Assembly (NCBI RefSeq): GCF_036321535.1 | Contig: NC_087447.1 | Span: 46,254,001 to 46,318,000, forward strand | Reading direction: 5' to 3' | DNA from: Camelus dromedarius | Taxonomy: Eukaryota | Length of the DNA stretch: 64,000 nt | Part shown: one piece after another, positions 38,429-52,459 of the stretch | How the letters are laid out: each line of letters starts with the position of its first letter | Position numbering within the stretch: position 1 is the first letter of the stretch | Translations under genes and position numbers: made by a program | The notes under the pieces: model-generated | Told to the model about the DNA's origin: nothing | Databases searched by the model: none | The model's input: the letters and a program-made list of their open reading frames with translations, nothing else

Positions 38429-41400
38429 ATGGCAATAAACACACATCTATCATTAATTACTGTAAATGTTAATGGACTAAATGCTCCAGTCAAAAGACAC
38501 AGAGTGGCAGACTGGATAATAAAGCAAGAACCTTCAATATGCTGCATACAAGAGACCCACTTTAGGGAGAAGGACACATATAGATTGAGAGTGAAAGGAT
38601 GGAAAAGGATATTCCATGCAAATGGAAAAGCCAAAAAAGCAGGTGTTGCAGTACTGATTTCAGACAAAATAGACTTTAAAACAAAGGCCATAAAGAAAGA
38701 TAAAGAAGGACATTTTATAATGATTAAAGGAGTGATACAAGATGAGGATATTACACTCGTTAATATATATGCACCCAATATAGGAGCACCTAAGTACATA
38801 CAAGAATTACTAACAGAGATAAAGGGGGATATTGATGGGAATACAATCATAGTTGGAGATTTTAACACTGCATTAACATCACTAGACAGATCTTCCAGAC
38901 AGAAAATAAACAAGGCAACAGAGAAATTAAATACTACAATAGAAAAACTAGATTTGGTGGATATTTTCAGAGCATTACACCCCCAAAAAATAGGATATAC
39001 ATTCTTTTCAAGTGCACATGGAACATTTTCCAGGATCGATCATGTACTTGGGCACAAAAGAAACCTCAACAATTTTAAGAAGATAGAAATTATCTCAAGC
39101 ATCTTTACTGACCACAATGCCATGAAACTGGAAATCAACAACAGAGAAACAAAGGAGAAAAAAAGGAAAGCATGGAGATTAAACAATATGTTATTGAAAA
39201 AACAATGGATCAATGAGGAAATCAAAGCTGAAATTAAAAAATACCTTGAGACAAATGATAATGAAAGCACAACCACTCAAAACCTATGGGACACAGCAAA
39301 GGCAGTGCTAAGAGGGAAGTTTATAGCGATACAGGCCTTCCTCAAAAAAAAAGAACAATCTCAAATAAACAATTTAACCCACTACCTGAATGAATTAGAA
39401 AAAGAAGAACAAAAAGCCCCAAAAAGCAGCAGAAGGAAGGAAATAATAAAGATCAGAGAGGAATTAAATACAATAGAGATTAACAAGACCATAGAAAAAA
39501 TCAACCAAGCCAAAAGCTGGTTTTTTGAAAAAGTAAATAAAATCGACAAACCTCTGGCCAAACTCACAAAGAAGAAAAAAGAGAGAGCACAAATTAGCAA
39601 AATAAGAAAGGAAAATGGAGAAATTACAACAAACAAAATAGAAATACAGAATATCATACGAGAATATTATGAAAAACTATATGGAACCAAACTGGATGAC
39701 CTAGAGGAGATGGACAAGTTTCTGGAAACATACTGTCCACCAAAACTGAATCAAGAAGAATCTGAACACTTGAACAATCCAATCACTAGAAAGGAAATAG
39801 AAATAGCAATTAAAAACCTCCCTACAAATAAAAGTCTAGGACCGGACGGCTTCACCGGGGAATTCTACCAAACATACAAAGAAGAACTCATACCAGTCCT
39901 TCTCAAACTCTTCCAGACGATTGAAAAGGAGGGAATACTCCCAAACTCATTCTATGAAGCCACCATCACCCTGATACCAAAACCAGGCAAAGACACTACA
40001 AAAAAAGAGAATTATAGGCCAATATCACTGATGAACATAGACGCCAAAATCCTCACCAAAATTTTAGCAAATAGAATCCAACAACACATAAAAAAGATTA
40101 TACATCATGACCAAGTGGGGTTCATCCCAGGGACACAAGGCTGGTTCAACATACGCAAATCAATCAGTGTAATACATCACATCAACAAGAGAAAGGACAA
40201 AAACCACATGATCATCTCAATCGGCAGAAAAAGCATTTGATAAAATTCAACACCCATTTATGATAAAAACTCTCACCAAAGTGGGTATAGAGGGAGCATA
40301 TCTCAACATAATAAAAGCTATATATGACAAACCTACAGCCAGCATAGTACTCAACGGTGAAAAACTCAACAGCTTCCCACTAAAATCTGGGACAAGACAA
40401 GGATGCCCACTAACACCACTCCTATTCAACATAGTCCTGGAAGTCCTAGCCACATCAGTCAGGCAAGAGAAAGAAATAAAAGGGATCCAAATTGGAAAAG
40501 AAGAGGTAAAAGTGTCATTATATGCTGATGACATGTTACTATATATAGAAAACCCTAAAAGGTCCACACAAAAGCTACTAGAGCTGATTGAAGAATTCAG
40601 CAAGGTAGCAGGTTACAAAATTAACGTTCAAAAATCAGTTGCATTTCTTTACACTAATGATAAATCAACAGAAGAAGAAAGTAAAGAAACAATCCCCTTT
40701 AAAATAGCACCCAAAGTAATAAAATATCTGGGAATAAATCTAACCAAGGAGGTGAAAGAATTATACACAGAAAACTATAAACCATTGATGAAGGAAATTA
40801 AAGAAGACTTTAAAAAATGGAAAGATATTCCATGCTCTTGGATTGGAAGAATCAATATTGTTAAAATGGTCACACTGCCCAAGGCAATCTACAGATTTAA
40901 TGCAATCCCTATCCAATTACCCAGGATATATTTCACACAACTAGAAAAAATCATAATAAAATTCATATGGAACCATCAAAGACCTAGAATTGCCAAAGCA
41001 TTACTGAAGAGAAAGAAAGAGGCTGGAGGAATAACTCTCCCAGACTTCAGACAATACTATAGAGCTACAGTCATCAAGACAGCATGGTATTGGTACCAAA
41101 ACAGACATATAGACCAATGGAACAGAAGAGAGAGCCCAGAAATGAACCCACAAACTTTTGGTCAACTCATCTTTGACAAAGGAGGCAAGAATATACATTG
41201 GAATAAAGACAGTCTCTTCAGCAAATGGTGTTGGGAAAACTGGACAGCAGCATGTAAAACAATGAAGCTAGAACACTCCCTTACACCATATACAAAAATC
41301 AACTCAAAATGTATTAAAGACTTAAACATAAGACAAGATACAATAAACCTCCTAGAGGAAAACATAGGCAAAACATTATCTGACATACATTTAAAAAATT

Positions 41401-42224
41401 TTCTCCTAGAAGAAATAAAAGCAAGAATAAACAAATGGGACCTAATGAAACTTACAAGCTTCTGCACAGCAAAGGAAACCAGAAATAAAACAAGAAGAAA
41501 ACCTACGGAATGGGAGAAAATTTTTGCAAGTGAAACCGACAAAGGCTTGATCTCCAGAATATATAAGCAGCTCATACGACTCAATAAGAAAAAAATAAAC
41601 AACCCAATCCAAAAATGGGCAGAAGACCTAAACAAGCAATTCTCCAAGGAAGACATACAAATGATCAAAAAGCACATGAAAAAATGCTCAATATCACTAA
41701 TTATCAGAGAAATGCAAATCAAAACTACAATGAGGTATCACCTCACACCAGTCAGAATGGCCATCATTCAAAAATCCACAAATGACAAATGCTGGAGAGG
41801 CTGTGGAGAAAGGGGAACCCTCCTACACTGCTGGTGGGAATGCAGTTTGGTGCAGCCACTATGGAAAACAGTGTGGAGATTCCTCAAAAGACTAGGAATA
41901 GACTTACCATATGACCCAGGAATCTCACTCCTGGGCTTGTATCCAGAAGGAAATCTACTTCAGGATGACACCTGCACCCCAATGTTCATAGCAGCACTAT
42001 TTACAATAGCCAAAACATGAAAATAGCCTAAATGTCCATCAACAGGTGACTGGATAAAGAAGATGTGGTATATTTATACAATGGAATACTACTCAGCCAT
42101 AAAAACCGACAACATAATGCCATTTGCAGCAACATGGATGCTCCTGGAGAATGTCATTCTAAGTGAAGTAAGCCAGAAAGAGAAAGAAAAATACCATATG
42201 AGATTGCTCATATGTGGAATCTAA
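38429..42224 (+). pseudogene. L1 ORF2p (endonuclease, RT, Cys-rich domain) with one frameshift and two adjacent nonsense codons
   Basis: NVNGLN, IQETH, GDFN, TDHN, QGCPL, YADD, KYLG and CWRGC..HCWWEC are present. A 2-bp deletion at about 40223 breaks [13 protein letters not shown] at 42018-42020 and TAG at 42024-42026 replace W and Q in KTWKQP; natural stop TAA at 42222-42224. Confidence 0.96.
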
Positions 42225-45200
42225 AAAACAAAAACAAAAACAAACAAACAAAAACAAAGCGTAAATAAAGGACAGAAATAGACTCACAGACAGAGAATAC
42301 AGACTTGTGGTTACCAGTGGGGTGGAGGGTGGGAAGGGATGGACTGGGATTTCAAAATTGTAGAATAGACTACACTGTATAGCACAGGGAAATATACACA
42401 AAATGTTATGATAACTCACAGAGAAAAAAATGTGACAATGAGTGTGTATATGTCCATGAATAACTGAAAAATTGTGCTGAACACTGGAATTTGACACAAC
42501 ATTGTAAAATGATTATAAATCAATAAAAAATGTTTAAAAAAAATAGCTTTTATATACACACCCATTTGCCCTGCTTCCCTGGAGAACTGAGTGATACACA
42601 CTCTCTTAACTACTCTAACTTGCACGTCCACACAGAGCCCTTTCTGTTCTCCATGTCTGTTCCTGGACTCTCAATCCAGGTTAAACCCCTGTAACCCAGA
42701 ATACCCGCTGAGTTTAGGCTTGCAACTTTTGATTCCTTTTTCATTCTCTTTATTACTAGTTTGGTGGAGAAAGAAGTGGGAGGAGTACTGTCAATTTTTC
42801 TGACACTTAAGTTTAGCTGTTTGTTTTCTTTAAAAAGGTTGGCAGTTTAAGCTTATGCCTTAAACATACTATGTATGTTATCCAAATACTGGATTTGTTC
42901 TTTGGTTTCTAGTCCTCTCTTCCTGTCACTTTGTAAATTCAGCTTATGGTAAGGGAATCACCCACTGAGTCCAAGCACGAACATAGGATGCAGTCTTCCT
43001 ATTATCCCTGCCAAGGAGTTTCATCCAACACAGGCTTCTGTAATAGGGACACACTGTCCTTGAAGTAGTTCAACCTAAGCTGGACGGGATTTAGCCAGCA
43101 TTTGAGACAAGTACCTACAAGGTAGGAAGAGTTCCCACAGCATCTTAGTCACAGGTGAGAGTGTGGGAAGTGATGGAACTGGGACTGATTGATAAACACT
43201 GCCTGGAAACAAATGGCTTAGTTACTGGCAGAGGCGAGCACCTCTGGGAGGTTGTGGGATTTAAAAACGTATTAGAGGTTGGGACACATTCTTATGATTT
43301 ACATGTGATCAGATTCCAGGTTAGAGAGAGCACTGCGCCATCATTAGTTAACTTAGAAAATAGGATATCTGAGGTTTGTCCCCAGAAAACAGACATAAAT
43401 CATGATCACTGAGTATGCTGTGTTACAACAACTTGAAGGACTGAAGCTAAAGTATAAGAAGGGGAAAAGTTACCCTTACCTCCCAGGATAAGGGAGAGTC
43501 TGGAGCAAAGAAGTTTTTCCTAGGGTTAGAAGCCTCCCTTTAGACCGTAGACTGAATGGACAGCCATACATTCCAGGGCTTTTAGTCTCACGTGGTGAAT
43601 AAAGCTAGAGACTTCATTCAGGCTTTTTAGGAGTTGGTGGATGAAATAATTTTACCAGATCTTCATCTTTTTTTTTTAAATCAATTTTAAGTCAAGATTA
43701 TGTTTTCAGAGTTTAACCATTTAAAAAAAAATCAACTAAGTTTGTGATCCAGAGGGCAGTGGTTGAGATATGGGACTTTAAAGTATCCAGAACTATGCAC
43801 AAAAAAGGCAGCATTATGCCAGTTGGTCCAAGTTGTTTAATGTTGTTTTGAAAGCCTTTCAGGAATAATGAAACTAATCACCACTAGCCTAAATATGAAA
43901 GCAGTGACTGGTGCCTGTGAAATACTTACGTCACTGTAAGGACCATCGTATTACTCAGATGGTCGACCGCACCGGAAGGACCAGCCTGATTTACAACTTG
44001 TATTAAGCTCAATAGTTAAGATGAAAGAATTCACACCTGGGGACAGGCGTGTGGGAGAAACCCTGTTCCTTGTTCTTTTCCCCTGTCCCCATGAGAACTT
44101 CTGCTCCATTTCCCCAAAAATGCACGATGCTGGTCTCCTGGTCTTCTTCCTCCCCAGGAGACAAAAAAAGACATTTAGATTGTGCATTCAAGTTAATACT
44201 CCATTCTGATCTGGTTGTTTGCATTTTTTCAATTGGTGAGGATAACTGCAGAAGGGAAGAAAGTTGTTTGGTAATTTGGGAGAACTGATAACATCTATTC
44301 CCATCTGTTTAGAGAGAAACTCCGAAGTGACCGTGCACAGCACTCACAAAACCTGAGCTGTTTGCTGACTACATCTGTCCTTCTCAGGCTACAGAGCACA
44401 GTGAGCTTGGAGCAGAGACTGCTTTGCTGCAGTGCCAAGTGGTAGAAAAATCACAGGATCCTGAGATAATCCCATCAAGAGCCATCCCGGCCTGAAACAG
44501 AAGAATCTTTGTGCGACACTGGATCCAGATCATCTCTCTAAGAGGTAGCTGCAGGTGAGGACAATCTAACCCTGCCGGGTCAGCAGTTCCATCAGCAAAT
44601 GTTGAAAGGTATTTGTGAGCCTCTGCATGAATATTGAGGCAGTGGTGTCAGAATTTACGAGAAGATTACGGATCTTCTGAAATTAGGGAGGACAAACCTC
44701 AGCCCTCAAACATTAACTTTTCATGAACTTCAAGGAAAAAACTTGTGATCTCTTTTTGCTGAATGAGGATTTAATCCTGTGGGAAGGCAGAGCAGAAGGC
44801 CAACTGGGTGCATAACTAGATTCCTTAACCATGTCATTCCTCCTGATCCAATTCATCCTACGAATTCTGTCAGCTAACTTCTGTGAGCTGGTTCTATTTT
44901 CCTGCTGACTGGCAGAGTAACCACCACATTGTCAGTGATACAATACAGCACTGCTTCCTGAGGTACAAGGATCCTTGGGCTTTTTCTAAGCCTGCACTAT
45001 CACATCAAGAAAGTCCAGACTGCTTAGTGTGGCCCGGTCCCTCAGGGAGAGGGTGGCTACCTCAGAACGTCCTCAGCCTGAGTCCCGGCTCGAACTGAGT
45101 GCTGCCCACACTGTCACCTGGGACACGGTTAGTATCATCCTTGACTTGCAACCCACAACATCCAGGTGGTCTCATATTCTGATCCCTTGATGAGTGTTCT

Positions 45201-45639
45201 GGGCCTCAATATATTGAAGTATCTTCTGCTGCTAGAACGTTTTAGCCATTGGTCGTATAAACGTGAACACGTTCTCACAGTATAACATAGTCTAACAGGA
45301 GAAAAAGGCCGCATAAAGACATGACTTCAAGCATGATTCCTCTAAGACATATCTGAGCTAATGATCAAGTGATGAAGGACATAACCACACTTAAAGACAT
45401 CTACCAAATTGAAGGAACTGGAAATGTAAAGATATTGAGAGAAGAGTTTGGTATTCCCCAGGAAAAAAGGTGGCGTAGTGAACTGTGGGAGTTAAGAACT
45501 GGGGTTCCTAAGTGATAGTTACATTCCTTTCTCCTGTAAGTACTGAGACAATTAAGACCTGGGAGCCAAGTAAGTATTTTAGTGCCTGACATCAGTTTAA
45601 CACTTCTCAGCTCTTCAGGTTTGTTTGCTGCCTTAGTTT

Positions 45640-45806
45640 CCATTAACCACCTTACAGTAGAAGTGTATTACCCTGATTTTTACAGGCAAGGAAATACTGA
45701 GGAACAGAGAGGTTAAGCAGTTTCAGAGGACACACAGGTAATAAGTCATGTATCAAAACGCAGGTAGTGTGACATCAGAATCCCATGCTTTTAACACACA
45801 CTGTAT
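45640..45806 (-). mobile_element. MIR SINE
   Basis: ttacaggcaaggaaatactgagg..agagaggttaagcag...tgacatcagaatcccatgcttttaac. Confidence 0.7.
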
Positions 45807-48800
45807 TTCATCACCACAGGAATGAAAATATTGGTTTGGCTAATTAAACTGGAATGGAGTATGGGACCAAGATCTAAAGCCGTCATTACTTGCTCGCTTC
45901 ACAAGACAAGGTGGTATTTTGATGGACTGAGGAGACACTAACCAGCTTCACGAAGAAACACCTATTTTTCACCTGCGGGCTGCAGCGAGCCACAGGATTA
46001 GAGACGGTTACTCGGTAGAATGGGGGCAAGTAGTATTTGGTGTTTGCAATCTCCACTCAACAGATGATACGCATCCCTTGTGCCGGGCCAGGGAGATACG
46101 GAGAGAGAAGGGTCAGCAGTTCCTTCTAATACTGCCCCCCCTCAGGGGAGTAAAGTTCCTTCACGGAACCAGGGAGATTGGGCGCCCTTCTCACATTGCT
46201 GAAGCAGCAGGAGCCAGCAGGAGCAGGATTCCTATGCCACAACACCAGGAGTTTTTTGACTCTGGAAACTGTAGATTGTTAATCCAAGTTCCAGTTTCAG
46301 GAACCAAAATGTAAGGTTTTAAAGGAACCTGGATAAATCCGAATATTGTCTCTTGAGATCAAGGATACGGAAGCTTTTTGAATGTCAGGCAGTCATTGGT
46401 GGGGTGACGACTGCTTGTAAGAGGTACTCTGTCAGAGGGATGGATGTTCACGACTTGTTATTTGACAGTCATGTTAGAGCGATAGTTTAAGAAGATGCAT
46501 TAGCTGGTGATCATTGAAGAAGAGATGTTACAAATTTTGCCGACCAAGAAACGAGTCTAACAGCAGGTAGAAGGAAAAAGCATGTACTGAGGTAGCATTA
46601 AGTCCCCACGGACACACATCCCCCTACTCTTATGGCTGTTGATGCCACCACCTCTGTGAAGAACTTGGAGTTAAGGCAGCCAACCTGAAGTCTGCTTACA
46701 GGAACAGGAAGGAAACAAGGTGATAGTGTGCATCGTGAGTTTTATCAACTATTACAATTCAATATAGCCTGAAACCAAGCACTTTTGAAGGTGGGTTAGG
46801 GAGAATGGGTTCAGGAAAGTCTTTCAAACCACAATCGTAAGGAATGTAGGAAATGCAGGTATCCAACTGCAGAAAGGCCTTCAGTATAACTTATGTGCAG
46901 TGAGTCCGCACCTCCCTATTCCCCAAAAGAATTGCTTCCTATTTAGGTCAACTCAAGAGAATTCTTGATATCACCATAGGACATGCAAACCCTGGAGAAG
47001 CCCCACGTGGTGGGGCTTGGAATCCTCAGTGACAACACAGCAAATGAGACAACTGAAGAAGCTTTAAAGACGGCTTTACAGCACCCCGAGGTGAATCCAG
47101 CTCAGGAGTTATCACATGACCAGGAACAAAAAGCTCCCAGGTGACCTGAGTAGTCTTCAGCTGGGAGAACATCTACTCAGGGACACAAATCTGGTGAACA
47201 CCTTCAAACCAGCAACCTTTAGTTTCTTTGGGCTCGTTTTAGGATTTTAGTGCCAGATACTGTTAGCAAAACAGGAAGTAGGAAGCTCCCAGTGGGATCT
47301 AATGTCATGTCTGCATGCCAGCTGAAGATACATGTTAGACTGAGCAGCAACTCCTGCTCCCATAGCACTGCTGCATTCTGTAAGGGGAGCCCCTGAGGCC
47401 ACAAACACCTACTTCACCCTATTACAAGGAGCACCTTCTCCTGCACCTGGCAGGTCCCCTTCCTTGTCCCTGCTCCAAGCTCCCTCCCCACCCTTTGATC
47501 CAGGTTTTGACCACCGCCCCTCCCCCCTCCAATATGGCAGCTGCCACCCCACACTAATTGGCATCATTAGTGGGTTGTTGGTCTGCCCCACGACATCTTT
47601 AAGTTAACAATTCTGTTAAGTTCATAGGAAACAGGATCCTAAGATATTCTGCTTCACGTTGTGATGGCTCATGAGAGGAATAAGCGTCTATTCTGCATAG
47701 ACGATACGCTCTGGAAAGTCAGCCACAGGTGAGGCTGTTTAAGTCTGCGGGTTAAGTCTCATTAAGTGATGAACAGCATCTGTGAGCTTCTGAATTAACG
47801 ACATAGCTCAGCCCTCAGCAGCAACTACTCATGCACTAAGGAGAAAACTTTCAATCTCCTTTAAGCAATAGACAAAGGAGTCCTATAGGAAGTAAACTTA
47901 GATTTCACTTATCAACAGTGTCTCAAAGCATTTCATAGCTTCTCCTGTATGTCAGGAGTCCTCCATTCTGCGAGGACAGAAGTAGCAGGAGGGAAGAAGG
48001 AAAGTTTCTAGATCAGTGTCACCATCCCATTTACTAATTCAGTTCCAACCCCCAGCCCATGTACACGACAGGGATCTTGTTCAAGTCAGTTGTGAGGTCA
48101 AGGAGAGGCTCAGCTGCAGGCTGGGGAGCAGCAGCAAACCCTACCAGAAAACAGCTCTGAGGTGGAGATTCTTGAACTCAAGGATCTGTAGTTTGAACAT
48201 AAAGTATGGAAGGGAACTCCTGGGTCTGGGGACCCTAAAGAAAGTTGCAGACTGTCATTTCAGCAGTATTGTTACGATTAACTCTAGTCTAAAATCCTAG
48301 GGCCATAGAAGATAAAGGCTACTTCAGACAGAATTAAAGAATTTAAGGACTGTTAAGAGCTAGGGGCCAAGAAAGTGCACGAGAGGAACCAGGTGCTTCT
48401 ATGAGGAGGAAAACGCTAAGTCCCGAGCCTGAGAGGTAAAGAGGGAGAGCTCGACAGCAGAAAGGAGAGGGCATCATGGGGGTGCAGTCCATTTCCCTGT
48501 GAAAGTCATTCCTGGTCTTGTGTTATGTCCCCCAAATTCCAGCAAGACAAATGGAATCAGAATCAATACCCAATTTCAAGCTTCCTGATTAAGAGACATG
48601 GAGAGAAACACCAAAATTAAATTAGGCCAACAGCCCTCGTGTCCCGAAAAAGCCTTGAAAACTGGATCTCAGACAAGGCAAAAAGGTCTAGACGCAAAAT
48701 GGAGTAGACACCGAGTCCTTCCTGGAAGGTTTGGGTGGCTCTGGGGCAGAAGCTAACCATAAAGCAAGCGTAGTGAAGGCACCAGGAAGACAGTGGGCTG

Positions 48801-49290
48801 TATGCAGTTTTCCTCTGATGTGAGATACTGAAGAGTCAGGAGAGCCCACAACCCACCCTTGTCAGGGACAGTGAGGCTAATTTTAAGAGACTACGCAAGA
48901 GTTAGAAACAAAGCTTGACCCAACCACAGAAGGTCCTTCTTGCAGACTTTCGTTGTAAGGGGCTCTAGATGGAGAGTCAGAAACGCCCTTCCCAATGGAA
49001 GCAGCGTTGGTGCTCACAGCTCTGCCCCTTAGCTAGCATCATCTTGGAGAACTATTTCCCACCCCAGGTTTTCCAAGAGCCCAAAGGAGCCAAGTAAAGG
49101 CAGCAGGTATAGGAGGAGAGAACTCCCTCAAGAGGTAGTTTCTAGTATTTGATCAGCCTCAAGGGTTTCCTTTACTCAGTACCAACTTTTCCTGTTTTCA
49201 TTATTGGAAGGAAAGCCCAAGACTTGACTTCTTGTAAATGTTTTGTGAAGAGTGAGATGAAAGAAAAGGGACTAAAATCTAGGCGCCTTA

Positions 49291-49620
49291 TTCATTTTGT
49301 CTGTCTTCCCAGGCCCTCTCCCCGAAGCCAAGCAGCAGGAAATTGTTTTTCAAAGAAGGCAGAAGCAGAAAAGCAGAGAGAAACAGACCCTGACAGAAAA
49401 GAGAATCTAAATTCGGTAACTCCCATGTCTTCAGGTAACTCTTAGGATCACCCGTCTCTTCAGTTCATTCTGTCTGTCCTCCCCCTCCCCGAAGCCAAGC
49501 AGCAGGAAATTCACTGTTTTTCAAAGAAGGCAGAGAAAAACAGACCCTGACAGAAAAGAGCACCTAAGTTTGAAAACTCCTTTCTCTTCAGCGAACACTT
49601 AGCATCAACCCGCCCCTCAG
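49291..49620 (+). repeat. Diverged tandem duplication (about 173 bp and 157 bp)
   Basis: Both copies contain ttcatt.tgtctgtc, ctccccgaagccaagcagcaggaaatt, tttcaaagaaggcaga and aaacagaccctgacagaaaagag. Confidence 0.92.
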
Positions 49621-49740
49621 CTCAGTGCACAGCAGGGAAGCAGGCAAGCCGGCCAGGCTCACCTAAGAGGAAGCTGAGGGAGCCTAATTGGTCAGAGCGG
49701 GGAGGCCGGACATGATTGGTCAGGCTGGAGCCAATGAGCT
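49605..49740. promoter_or_regulatory. Candidate NF-Y/Sp1 promoter-like motif cluster
   Basis: GC box cccgcccc at about 49609-49617; ATTGGTCAG at 49687 and 49715; AGCCAATGAG around 49731. Confidence 0.4.
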
Positions 49741-50384
49741 TCCTGGATCTGTTAAACTAGAGGTAAAGTGGCAGCTGAAGACGGGTGCTTACCTTTTTTT
49801 TTTAATTGGGAGACTTCTGAGTATGTCCATCTGTAACTACAGTATAATTCACTAGCCAACAAGGGGGGGAAAAAAGCTGCAGCTTTTGTTGGAAATGGCC
49901 TAGAATCTTAAATTTGATATGAATGAAAATAAACTCAAGAAACAGTGATATTACACCATTCCACCTGAAACGTAGTAAATATTTCTTTCCTTAATTATTA
50001 TAGAAGAAGAGGCATATCCCTTATCTCTGAGCAGAAAACATCGCTAACTCCCTCCGTTGCATGGCTTCCACGTACAGGTCCATCCCCCTTCCTCCAGAAA
50101 CCTGTTTGGGCAAAACCAGACTGTGTAACTGGTGGGCATTCAGTCACTTCAGGGTCTCAAACTGTTCCTCTAGATGACGGCACTTGATATCAAAACCCAC
50201 TTTCCATGGCTTAGAGTTTTTCTCATCAATGCGTCCTCATCCTGATCCTCAGCTGTGAGCTTAGGAAAACTGCTGACATCTCTAATGACGACAGCTGGAG
50301 CGCAGTTACTATTTTACTCTGACGCCTTAGTACAGGGGTGCTTATGCTGCCAGGAGAGTACTCCTAAGTTCACGAATCTCTCCA

Positions 50385-50535
50385 GCAGCTGCATCAGCAG
50401 CATCACCTGAGAAGTATTAGAAATGCAAATTCTTAATCTTCTGAATCAGCAACTCTTGGGATAGTGATTAGCAACTGTGGTTTAACAAGCCCTCCAGGCG
50501 ATTCCAATGCAGGCTGGAGTCTGAGAACCACTGCT
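50385..50535. mobile_element. MER5A-like hAT-Charlie DNA transposon
   Basis: cagcatcacctg..ttagaaatgcaaattct..ctgaatcag..tttaacaagccctccagg.gattc..tgagaaccactg. Confidence 0.85.
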
Positions 50536-50794
50536 CTCTACCAGTTCCCTCAGAATCTTGTGGGGGGTGGGCAGGGGTTGTGTTGCTTTTCTAAACACCA
50601 AGAGTAGCTTCTGTAAAGTCCTCTGGGTGATTTCTATGTACAGCCCAGGTTGTTTACCACTGCCTTCATCATTCACAAATTCAGTTACCATCTCAGTGCA
50701 AACCGAAGGTGATTACCAAATCTTTACCTCAGGTCCTGACCTCCCTTCATCACCCTCAGGCCAATATATCCAGCTGATTTATAGAGAACTAACT

Positions 50795-50960
50795 TCATGT
50801 AGGGCCAAGTGCTGAGTGCTTTACAATTTACCATTTTATTTCATCTCTGTGACGTAGCTATTTTCATATCCCTGTAATATTTGAAGAACTGAGGCTTTTA
50901 GATATTAAATAACCTACTCAAAAATAAACATTTAACACATGTCCAAGCCCAGATTCAAGA
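50795..50960 (-). mobile_element. MIR fragment
   Basis: gtgctgagtgctttaca...gaagaactgaggct..aga.attaaataacct. Confidence 0.5.
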
Positions 50961-51499
50961 AGGTGACTTGCTTGATGATAACCACACTCTGTTATTGTCC
51001 CCGCCACTGCCAGCAGTTCATCACTAAACAGAATCAGCTGACTTGAAGTGTGACATGACTGGTGATTTAAAGTAACTTATGGACTGCTGGAAATTATAGA
51101 GGAGCTAGGATTCACACAATATAGAAAATTCTGAAAGGAGAGTGTCATAGAACATAAGCACAATTCTACATGTAGGAGACCACAGTTGAGGCATTTCTTT
51201 GTCGTGTGAAGAAAAGACCTTCTCTCTGGACCACTTCTACTTCCCTAGCTAAACAAGGAAGATTTTAAACTATATTAACCTGAGGTAGCCTCCTAGCACT
51301 GTTTTGTTTTTTATTTTCCTAAGATTATCTAATTTGCTAGAGATAAAAGGAGCAGGCCAGCAGCTCAACAGCAGCACTGCAGAATTTCTTGTTCAATTAG
51401 TTATTACATCAATGAATGATAAGTAGACATTCAAACATCTATGTAGCAAAAACTACTAAGCACAGACAAAAGGTAATTTCTATGGAAAAACTTTGATGG

Positions 51500-51880
51500 A
51501 AATTCAAAGGGAGCCACCTGTAGAATATGTTAAATATAGAAAGCTTCACAATTCACTTTATGAAGGTAACATCATCCTAAAGTTGAAACAGAACAATAAC
51601 ATAGAAAAGAAACAAACAAAATTATACACTGTTCACTTATGACAAAGGATACAAAAGTACCCCAAAATAAAAATCAGTAAACCCAACCAAAGGTGCATTA
51701 TAAAGATAATACATACATAACAAAGATTCTAATCCAAAAATGCAAAAATAGGTTAACATTAGTTAACTTATTAATGCAATCCATTTTTCAAAGCATTCCT
51801 GACAGGTCACAGATTAGAAAAAATGAGATCGCATATGTATTTACTATAAATCTATTTGAAACCATGATTTCCCCCTACCT
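51500..51880 (+). mobile_element. Ancient L1M ORF2 fragment
   Basis: aattcactttatgaaggtaacatcatccta (NS.YE..I.L) and downstream A-rich sequence homologous to 39940-40200. Confidence 0.5.
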
Positions 51881-52459
51881 TGGAAGTAGAAATTTATCAC
51901 AGATTAAGCGTCTGGATTAAGAGTATCCAGAGAAGAAGTGGATACCCATATCTCAGAAGGGTTCCTATTTCGGGAAGGAGGGAATCACACTTAGAATACC
52001 CCTGGATCTGGAAGCTCAAAATTTGTTGCACTGGAACTTTTGATTCGAACATTATATCACCACTCAAGAAAAATCTTCAGCAACAAACACTAATTTATGT
52101 ACATCATTGAAAGGAATGTTTGTAAAATCAGGCCCTCTGGCTTGCTGAAGCAAACTCAATGTCAACAAGGCAACAATTTCATCAAAGGCTAGAAAGCAGG
52201 GTTAGTGCCCCTGGATCATCCGATATTTCTACCTTCAGCCTCTTTCATTCTTGAAATACCTCTTCTTTTAAATTACATCAATAGAATTAATGCAACACTA
52301 ATATTTGTTGAACTTATGCTTATGTTGAACAACTAATATTTAACTTTTTGCTACACAAGCCAAATTTCACTGGGGAAAAAGGGCAGAAACCAGAAAGACA
52401 CAGTCCCTACCTGCATAGAAGAACATTCTAGAGTAAAAGCTTGAGAAATGAAACTGATT

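Larger units (their letters stand above)
35443..42541 (+). mobile_element. Full-length LINE-1 (about 7.1 kb), inactivated by a few mutations
   Basis: CpG-rich 5' UTR, ORF1, 394-bp spacer, ORF2, 3' UTR, AATAAA at 42522-42527 and short A tail. 13-bp TSD aatagtttttata (35430-35442) / aatagcttttata (42542-42554) with one mismatch. Confidence 0.98.

Noticed and set aside
37231..42497. Hydrophobic antisense ORFs over the L1 (also at 11195-13046)
   Set aside because: These are the usual antisense shadows of A-rich L1 coding sequence.
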